Assembly (NCBI GenBank): GCA_000320545.1
Contig: ADNK01002664.1
Location: 71,766 to 135,765, forward strand
Reading direction: 5' to 3'
DNA from: Bigelowiella natans CCMP2755
Lineage: Eukaryota; Protista; Cercozoa
Length of the DNA: 64,000 nucleotides
The position numbers and the translations under genes are program-made. The notes under the pieces are model-generated. The model worked only from the letters and a program-made list of their open reading frames with translations. It had not been told where the DNA came from and searched no databases. Numbering within the stretch: the first letter of the stretch is position 1; each line of letters begins with the position of its first letter. Shown here in pieces: positions 53,794-64,000 of the stretch.

Positions 53794-54273
53794 TTATATA
53801 GCTTATTCTATTCCCAACGCTGTCCTTTTTACTTCGTTTATATATTTCTCAGTTTCTCCGTGTTTCCTTAAATGTGTTCTCCCTTCGAATTTTTAATAAG
53901 TAGATTCCTCTTAAAGACTTCTACTCAAAATGGGATCAATTGAGGTGCAGTCAGTCCCTACTACACGTTGTTGTTTTCACAATCTTCTCGGCGGCTCGGC
54001 GGCTATTTGATTCCAGTATATAGAAGGTACTATTCCTTATTCCTCTTTTCTTTATTTCAAAGGAGGAAGTGGTAATGCGTAAAAGTCCTTAGTATTGTGT
54101 TGCCTAAACGTATTAATTCTTGCCAAATGTCGGTTGTTTTTCCTAAGTTCCCCTCTCGTCCATGTCGTGTACTGTTTATTTTCGCTGCTATGGGGGCTGC
54201 TTTCTTGCCAGTCTTGGGTTTGAGTCTTTCTGTTGTTATGAACACGGTACCTGTATCAACTCTTACCTCCACC

Positions 54274-54328
<55 letters not shown>

Positions 54329-54428
54329 TAATGGTGACGTGTTGATGTACAGATTATATATCACCTTTCTGCTTCTTATTCGCCTGGAGTAGCAGTAATT
54401 GTTGTTGTGGCCTGTAAAGTAGTAGTAA

Positions 54429-54508
54429 ACCAGCAGCAAGTAAGTGGACATTGGATGAGTAAGATGAACCACCAGCAGCAAGTAAGTGGGGATTGGATAA
54501 ATAGGATG
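54429..54508. repeat. Imperfect ~42-nt tandem duplication
   Basis: accagcagcaagtaagtgg..attggat...gatg twice. Confidence 0.8.
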
Positions 54509-54892
54509 ATGGAAAGCGGTGGTGGGAGACACTTGTACTGTAGCAGGGATAGCGGCAAGGTGGATACTAGTACAAATGGGGTAAACAGGAGGATAATAGG
54601 GGGGGGGGGGGGGGGGACTATATCGGGCGGATTGCGTTTGTCAACACATGCCATGGTTCTCAGGTGAGCGCTTCATGCATGCAAGCTATGCGCTAGTAAA
54701 TGCGCGGTGGTTTTAATTACATCCATTTCACCATTTGATGTTCCCTACCGTCTGTATCCTTTGTCTCGAAGGGCAAAGACACTCGCCGTGCAACGATTTC
54801 GATTTCAGTTCGATGTTTGGATTGCCCCGTGTGATGGTGGGCGGTGTCAGTGTGATCTGTGTCTGGTAATGGCAACCGAGGGTAGGTAGCAC

Positions 54893-54934
<42 letters not shown>

Positions 54935-55990
54935 CGTTGTTGATGATGATGAGGGAAAATTCATGCACATAGTTTCCTACGACCAGCATTGTAATTGCGA
55001 CGAGTACATTTCGACTTGCAAGATGAGACTGATGAATTGTTTTGTCTTATGAGACTGAAGGCCTATATTTCTACATTTTTGCATGCTTTTGCGAAAGAGC
55101 TTTCTTAGTGAATATACGACAAGCAAAACTACGAATAATCAGGATAAGATAAAATCTGAAATGAAAAAATGATGTAACTGACGGCAAGACGCATTAAACC
55201 GGTGTAACCGGGATTAAAATATTATTCCTGAAATATATTTGTTTTTAATATAACGTCTACCTTATTGTTTGGAAACTATCAATATTTGCCTTATTCTGTA
55301 AGGCGACAGCATTTCAGATCCTCAATTTTTCATTTAATCTGTCAAATATAATTAAACATAGGAGATAAACTTTAATTATTAGCCTTTAATGGCCAGACAA
55401 ACACGAAATAGTGATCTTCGTGTGGAGTTCGAAAGTCAGTTACGTCTCATAAAACTCTTAGCTACCACAGTTTTTTGTTTATCCTCCCCCACAATTACAG
55501 AAGAGCTTCGCGCTCTGGCAAGCAACTTGCTTTTCGAACCTTGAGGTAGTATGTGAAAGAATATTGTATGTCGTTTTCATCGATTCTGTAAGGCGGAGAG
55601 ATCCCCATTCCATTCATTTGGATAATAAAGATAGCATGGAATGTGATCGATGCACTTTGTACTTTTACTCACCATTGTCTAGATTGGCTTGCATAGAATG
55701 TGCTATTTTTCGTGTTAGGATGTTTTCCTGCTTTGTATATCAATTATTCATTAAGCTCAACTTTTGAATACATGTTATAAACATATGCGCACATGCATAG
55801 AACGAAGGGGAGAATCTTCTCGCTACAACCCCATCGCACGTCATTCAGAGACAGAACAAACTGTAAAACAAGCTGGAACTTCGCGCTGTGCTCAACAAAT
55901 CAACTTAAGCTACAAATTTTCAGGAAAGGACCCGACATATTTGAGGAAGAAAGAAGACAGTAAACGAATATCGAATTCATCTTGGGGAAA

Positions 55991-56447
55991 ATGGCGTCAC
56001 ACAGACGATCCGGACGAGGAGGAGCTTCAGGAGGAGGAGCAGTAGCCAACATCCATGCCGATGACAGCAAATTTACCCCACAATTTGTGGAATCTTTCTC
56101 TCCCAGATCCAAAGATGCTGCAAGGGCATTAGGCGTAACGTACGTATACTGACTCCCTCATCTCTCAATATATATCGTTTATTATGTCTATGTCTACTGT
56201 TCAACCGTGATTAACAATGCCATGATAAAAGACATTCAATTATTGGTCTTTTTTAAAAATTCAATTTAGGTTGGAAGAGTTAACTGTGAAGGCGTATGAG
56301 GATTTTACAGCTTCTGGCCTCCCGCCGGAGATTCAAAAGTTACGCTACCAGGACTATGAACAGCAGAGGAAAGGTAAAATACATGATATCTATTTTCACC
56401 CGCTTTATTTGAAGATCATTATGATCTTATAATTAAGCAAGGATTTT

Positions 56448-56499
<52 letters not shown>

Positions 56500-59400
56500 C
56501 CACGCACGCACAAACACACATATATGTATATATGTGCGTGTGTGTGTGTGTGTGAGCTCGCGAATCAAATGAACTTAACTTCGGCGCACCACAACATAAT
56601 TACTATTATGCGACTATTGCAGAGTTGATCGACATGGTTCGCAACCACTATCAAACACTGGCGCAAACTCGCTGGAGAGGGGAAGGTGCACTTGAACAAT
56701 TCTTAGATGTCATCAAAGTTCCTCTCGCCGTTCTGTGCTACAGTTTGCTTTGATTCAACTTAATATCAACCTAAAAATCCGTGGTAATAGGCACACTTTT
56801 GCGCTCTCCAAAAAAGCGGAGTCTCAGCAAGTCATCTTCCCGGCAAAGTCTGCCAGGAGTGACGGTTAAAGACAATAGTCTGCAACAGGTAATAATTCGG
56901 TTAAGATAATAAGCATTAACTGCCACATTATTTCAATTTAATTCTGACACATTATTTCAATTTAATTCTGAATTTCTGTAATTGATGGTTAGGAGCAATT
57001 ACGCATGCAGCGCATTCTTCAACGGCAGAACAAAGAGTTGGAATCTATTATGGCACAAGAAATTGCCAGAGCAGAACTAGCACAGAGACAGGAGAGGAAG
57101 ATTGAGTTGAGGAAGAAGCGTGAAGAGGCGGAGAGGATTAAGCGCGAGAGAGAGCATGAGAAGGAGATTCTACGCCGTAATTAATTACCGAAGATAGATT
57201 AATAAGCAATATTAATTTTCGATTCTTTTTCACTACCTGTGAACCTGAATGGAGAGCGAGCATAAAAACGGCGTTTTCACACAGCCCTCTTCCGACTGTT
57301 AAATTTTTCACATTTTAAAATACAAACTTTAAATGTTTATTTTTCCAATGTATAGGCAAAGATTGGGAAGTAAAGCTGGTTGAGAAGATGAACGCACAAA
57401 GAGAAGCCAGGCGATTAGCAGCACACAAACTCAAACTGCAGGAAGCGAAATTTCAGGAAGAGTTAAGAAAAAGAGAACAAGAAAGAATCAAAGTTGCTCG
57501 TCAGCGTGCTCATGAGAGGTAATACAATTCGTCCAGCTCAAAATGTACACATATAACATTTTCATCTATTTTGTCAGGTATGAGCGGCGATTAAAGCTTC
57601 AGCGAGAGCAGGAAATTCAGGTTGAAGAACAACAAAGGTCGTTACTTCTGCATTCATCCCATTTTTACTCTTCTTCCCTTCTTCGTCAATGATGACTTTG
57701 TTCACAAAAAATGATAACGACGAAACGATCAATCAATTATGAATCATCGTCATAGAAATATTAGATGATACAGCAACTTGCCAAGCACTAAATGCACTCA
57801 CCATGCAATTGAAGGAAGCAACAATTATGAAAACATTAAAATAAAAGCGTCCAGCTGACCTATACATGTCACGTGAGCAAAGAGATACAATTTGAGTGAA
57901 ATTATATCATCAGCATTACAACAGCATAATTTTATGTATCAGGTCCTTGGAAGAAAAATCGAAGAGGATGGAGGTTGATTTTACATAGTAGTCGTAATGA
58001 ACTAATGAGGAGATGTTGCAATGTTAATGGTGATGAAAAGTCCGCAAGCGTTATACTTAATGGGAGTCAATACATAGGAACGGGACGCAATTAGACGGAT
58101 GAATATAAAGCGTAAGAAGGAAGAACTTGCAAAACAGCAGCAGGTATTGTATTAGTCGTCATGGCAGTTAAACTCCTTGGTTATCAAATTCAACTACGCA
58201 TGCACGCAATCGCGCACATCGTAAGCACATACCATTCACAAACAAACCATACACTACTACTACTACTACTACTACTACTGTATATGATGCGACAATATTG
58301 CCTGCATCAATGCCATAATAACCTTCTTGTCTAATCCTAGTCCACTATTATAATTGTAGCTAAAAGCAGAGCTAGCTCAGCAACGAGTGGCTGGAGTGAT
58401 GGAGGAAAATCAGAGAGCCATTGAAACAAGGTCGTCCGTTAATCTTGTGTGCCTGTGCGAGTGTGCCTAAAATGACTATTGGAGTAACACTTATTAACAA
58501 ACGTAGACGACTTCAATTGGCGGAAAAAATGAGAAAACAGCATGAACGAATGCAAAAGTTTGAGCTTATAAAACAAGAGCAGGTGCCCAATCTAAACATC
58601 CCATGTATCATCAGTTGATCAATACATAAGGATGATAGCAAGAGATTATCATAAACCCGCGCTATTTTTCACTCATAAATAGACAAATATGCGTCGGAAG
58701 AAAAAACGAGAAAAGGAAGATCTTATGCGCCAGAGCCGAAAGGAAGCAAATTTGGAGGTAGTTAACTCAAAAAACTCTATTTAGTATGGGATATCGTCGA
58801 ATTGTTCTTCCTGGAACTAAAGATAGTAGGGTTATTTCTCCCTCTCTCTTGGTCTATTTTCCCCTAGATGCATATGTCTGTCCCTGTTCCCTTGTATTTA
58901 CAAGCACGAATGTTGGGTCTTATGTATTGTCCTACGTGAATGACTGTCAGGAGGAGAAGCGAATTCAAGCCATACGTCTGAAAAATAAGCAATTTGCTGC
59001 AAATAAGAGGAAAATCGAGAAAGAGAGGGAGATGGCGAGGCGTTTCAAACAAGAAATGGCGAGGTATCGTCATGACAAATACTACTCTCCACTTATCATT
59101 ATTGATTACTTAAACCACCATTAGGCTTAACAAGCTTCGGAAACTCCGAAACGTGGAACGTATGAAACGTATGGAGGAATATCGAAGGGAGGAATTAGAG
59201 ATAAAGGTAGTGTATATTCGAATTGTATAAAATCACATAAATGCAGCTGCTCAGCCTCTCTTTCGTCAATAATGTCAATAATGTTAAAGGTGCAGGAAGC
59301 TGAGGAGCGCACGCGCGTTCTTTTGGAGCAAAAGCATGAGTTGATGCGACAGCGTCAGCGTAACCAGATCAAAGCGGCTGCTCAGAAAAAGCAGCTATTA

Positions 59401-59643
59401 GATTCATTCCAACAGCTTCGGTTAACGAAGAATTGGAAGGAAGTGGCCAAGTACTACAGATGCGAAAACATATCAATGAATAAAACTCCCTTAGAAATAT
59501 ATTAGTTCCACCACTTGAATGTTTTCCCTCTAAATTTACATAACCACCATGTTTTTTAACATATTTCCTACAGGACAAATCAAAATCGCAAGTTCTTACC
59601 TGCAGCTGTGGCTTCTTCATCAAGCTCTAGGGGCAATCGATGA
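55991..59643 (+). CDS. Long coiled-coil protein, CCDC177/CCDC185-like (probably ciliary or cytoskeletal), ~16 exons
   Basis: The N-terminal motif SPRSKDAARALGVTLEELTVKAYEDF..EIQKLRYQDYEQQRKELIDMVR resembles the SPRSLEAC..G...EL pattern; it is followed by E/K/R/Q-rich helical exons. Start and last exon are moderately certain. Confidence 0.72.
56924..56971. repeat. Perfect 24-nt intronic tandem duplication
   Basis: cacattatttcaatttaattctga twice. Confidence 0.95.
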
Positions 59644-59749
59644 AGTGATGCCTAATAATCTAATCGGTGTGGGTGGAAGAGAGCATCTACATCTACAAGA
59701 TAAATAAGTGCACGATAGAAACGAGTTTTTAGGGATCGGGCGCTACTTT

Positions 59750-60880
59750 TCGATGAGCACATGTTCGACAAGACGAATTTCTCTCTGTGTGTGTCTCTAG
59801 ATAGTCACAAGGTCTCTTCCACATGTAGTACACTCTGTTTTAGTGTGACGAGACGTTTCGGGTTTCGGGCTCGATCCCGCAGGTTGCTGAATTCCACACC
59901 GCACATAGCTCTAGATCTAGACAGGCTTCTCCTTGTGAACACACAATATCTCTTCATTTGCATTCTGGTTATGCAATGCATGTGATTTCGTGTACTACGT
60001 GTGTAGAAAAATGAAATCCAATGCAATTGCAACGTTGTGGGCCCATCTAGCCATCTAGAAGGTGCTGCGTGTGCTGCAATTCGTCTCAGCGGCGCCAACA
60101 ATTGAAAGAATGCTGTTTCAAACTGCAGTTTGTTCACATCATCATTGCCGCGCGCTGACATTGTGGGCTCTGATGCAGAGTAGCGGATATAGAGTGCCAG
60201 ATAAGAACACAAAGTTGCCCGCACGGTCCATCACATTTGCAATTTCTGCATGTAGCAATGAGTCTATAGGTGCAGTGTGGGTCCGTGCTAGCGCACAATC
60301 ATGCGTGTCTAGCGTGTGCCTTGCTCGTTGGACCGCGAAGGTGCAATGATGTCACATGCAAGTCATCACGTTCTCGCGTTCTAGCGTTGCTAGCTTGGTA
60401 GCAGTGCGCCATCATGGCATGGCTAGACGCACAGCTCCAAAAGTGAACACGATGAACGCCCACCACCACAACACCTTGCATTGTTGGCGCTGTCTAGCTG
60501 TGGCCGCTGCATTGCACAGCGACGTGAGGATGACGACCATCTAGACGTGCTGAACAAGTTTGATTGCGATTCATCACATCCGTCTTGCACCTTGTGCGTG
60601 GGTGTGTGATAATGGTGCGTGCTTGGCAGTGCGATGCATCGCTACCGCGTTTGCCTGCGTTCTGGCGTTGTCGATCATGTCGTTGCACGCTGGCTCGCTA
60701 GCTGTGCGTGCACATGCATGTGTGCACATGCACGTTGTCCACAGTGAATTCATTCGCCGTGCAATCAACCTACTGATGCGAAATAGCTAGCATTGTTGCA
60801 CGAAATGAGTAGCATTGTTCCACGACAATTTTGACGTTGCGGTGTTCATTTTGACGTGAACACATTTTGAGTCAACCTTC
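59750..60880. other. TpA-depleted / CTAG-retaining intergenic island 5, between convergent genes
   Basis: In the core (60270-60770) most TA lie within CTAG; strong TG/CA excess, CpG retained. Confidence 0.85.
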
Positions 60881-60936
60881 CGTATTATATTTGAACATTT
60901 GAGACCCTTCGGCTGGGAACAAGGTTACATATTCCC

Positions 60937-62412
60937 CTAACTGGCTCGGTGTTCAAGAAATTCTTTAAGTTCTTCTTCATTTGCTCCATTGGCCTTGAGT
61001 ATGTAAAAAGCCATCTTTTCAGTCCGTATTCGACCCCACCTGAAAAAAATTAATTTCGTAGAGTTCTCTAACTCTTGTAATATCACCATTCAGTACCATT
61101 ATTGCAATTTGATCTCACCTGTTCACAATAATGCCGACTACAATTAAATGTAACATCCACAGGGCTGTCGTCACTCGGAAAAAAAATGCATATCTACAAT
61201 TACAAGGAAGATGAAATTGATTTTTATTTATCATTTTGGCTGGTGAGTCACTTACGTTGGTGTGTCGACAGCGTATGCGTTCTTACATCGTTCAGTACGA
61301 TGCATTGCGAGATAGATACCCTAGAATGAAAATTAACTGTGATAATCTACAACACATAATTAATACATTATGATCCGTACATATAATGTACCCATACGAA
61401 CATCCCCACAACGATTGCATCCGTTACAGCAGCAATAACAGTTATCAAGCAGGTACTGCAACAGAATGAAATTATAAATTAATATATTGCACCATTGAGG
61501 GTCTAGATGATGTAATCACCTCTGATATACTTTTGTTCCTACATAACAACCAGAGACCACTGCATCGATGCAAAATTGTCATAAAACAGACTTAATATTA
61601 TATGCAATTAGAATGATACTTGTAGCAGAGAGGGCGACTACACTGAGGGCTATGTACCTAATTGGAGAGTTTTAGTGAAAGATGTGATTGTTACGAACTC
61701 CTAGCGCACTTACTCAAAGGTGCCATCAGATTTATTAGATGATGGAGATGAAATGTGCTCTATATCTCCCTTTTGCGTACACGTCAAATTCCAATTTTTT
61801 AAGACGACTGGCAAAAGTAGTAAGCTCAGCAATGTCATTTGTAGTTTTGAGTGTTCAACATTGTTACCTATAGCCCAAGCGGTATATGCCAAATATGTAA
61901 TCATTAAGAATATTAGTCCGTGCACAAATATGAACACTGGCCATCTACGCACATTAAGTTGGAATTCATTCTAGCATGACACTTTCCTGCGAACAACTTA
62001 CCCTGCATAATTTCGGAAGCAACAACAAGCTCTCCGTCTACCTCCAGATGATTTTTGAAAAGAACTTCTCGAATTTTGAGTAGCTACGGCAACATCAAAT
62101 TTTCCTCGACATGTGGCACTTGTTCGACTTTTCTGCAGTGATGTGTAAATTGTTGTATTATACAGTAACAATAAGAAAATTGATCGTAGTGACCTTGTTG
62201 AAGTGTCCATCATGGTCCAACTGCATGATCAAATCGTTCCCCTGAACACAGGATTTTCGGCCACTCTCAATAGTAGCGAGACTTGGAGATTTAAGGTTGC
62301 CTATTGTATCCAAACTCAGGCAGAGTCCACTTTCTTTCTCGCAGCGTTTGACATCTAGATCTTGTGGAGGGGATTTCATCCTAATATCAGCAACTCCGTC
62401 CTCCATGATCAT
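60937..62412 (-). CDS. Hypothetical multi-pass (about 4 TM) membrane protein
   Basis: Short-intron exons give a soluble N-terminus ending RACCCF, then hydrophobic segments WPVFIFVHGLIFLMITYLAYTAWAI, YIALSVVALS, CLITVIAAVTDAIVVGMFVWGIYLAM and YAFFFRVTTALWMLHLIVVGIIV, ending ..FLEHRAS*. Two internal junctions are unresolved. Confidence 0.68.
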
Positions 62413-62818
62413 CGTGCACTCAGCGCCTGTGAATCATGCGATTTTTGGCTTACGTCAAGGGAAAAGTTGGGCACATTGCTTTAAATCAATGGTATTCATA
62501 ATGTGAGACAACTACTTAAGATTTCGTGGGAAACAACGTAGTTTTTTTGCAACACATACATCTGAAAGCATCTATTTGATAAATAAATTAGTGTTGCAAT
62601 GGCTCATTCCTCCTTAAATCCCCTGCATTTCGTAGCAGAATGCGTCTAGTATCATCTATTGGAGCCTTCAATTTTGTTCCATACAGGTAGGTAGGTGGTG
62701 TAAAGGCAGCTTTAGGGAGGGAGGGAAGGAAGAGGAACAAACATCACCACGTCTGCTGTTCACAATTGGTCCAGACCATGACAGTATAAGAAGTCAATTT
62801 CCTATGCCTTGTCAGACA

Positions 62819-64000
<1,182 letters not shown>

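Larger units (their letters stand above)
1..54990. repeat. Very dense microsatellites ((TAG/CTA)n, (GAT/CAT)n, (GAG)n, (GAA)n, (GT)n, (GA)n, (TA)n) in introns and low-complexity exons
   Basis: Most introns of the oxidoreductase, formin, RdRP, MSP-domain, hypothetical and Sgf11 genes carry one or more tracts. They are absent from the tubulin gene and the islands. Confidence 0.97.

Noticed and set aside
53900-55900. Possible extra gene or upstream exons between Sgf11 and the coiled-coil gene
   Set aside because: Splice-like signals exist, but I could not build a stop-free model on either strand. Left unresolved.

Overview
Eukaryotic nuclear DNA from an intron-rich protist. It is probably a secondary-plastid alga such as a chlorarachniophyte; this is inferred from a bipartite leader and the gene style, not proven. 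Hand-splicing gives nine genes: a PDE327/COG2509-like FAD oxidoreductase (-, 3' end outside the window), a ~54-exon Diaphanous-type formin with an MGCC acylation motif (+), a divergent alpha-tubulin (+), an RNA-dependent RNA polymerase with a DYDGD active site (-), a ~1,800-aa coiled-coil/MSP-domain protein (+), a hypothetical protein (+), Sgf11 (-), a CCDC177/185-like coiled-coil protein (+) and a 4-TM protein (-). A PP2A catalytic subunit (+) is cut by the window end, making ten. Introns are packed with microsatellites. The standout signal is non-genic: five 1-1.5 kb intergenic islands where TpA is nearly absent except inside CTAG, TG/CA are in excess, CpG is kept and (CTAG)n runs accumulate. 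Local duplicates, a fossil (TA)n tract and an ankyrin pseudogene all point to directional TA->TG/CA (A-to-G) change. The islands occupy every intergenic gap that touches a gene 3' end and none of the head-to-head gaps. This looks like a region-targeted, RIP-like adenine hypermutation system. Exon models and motif counts were made by eye and need computational confirmation.
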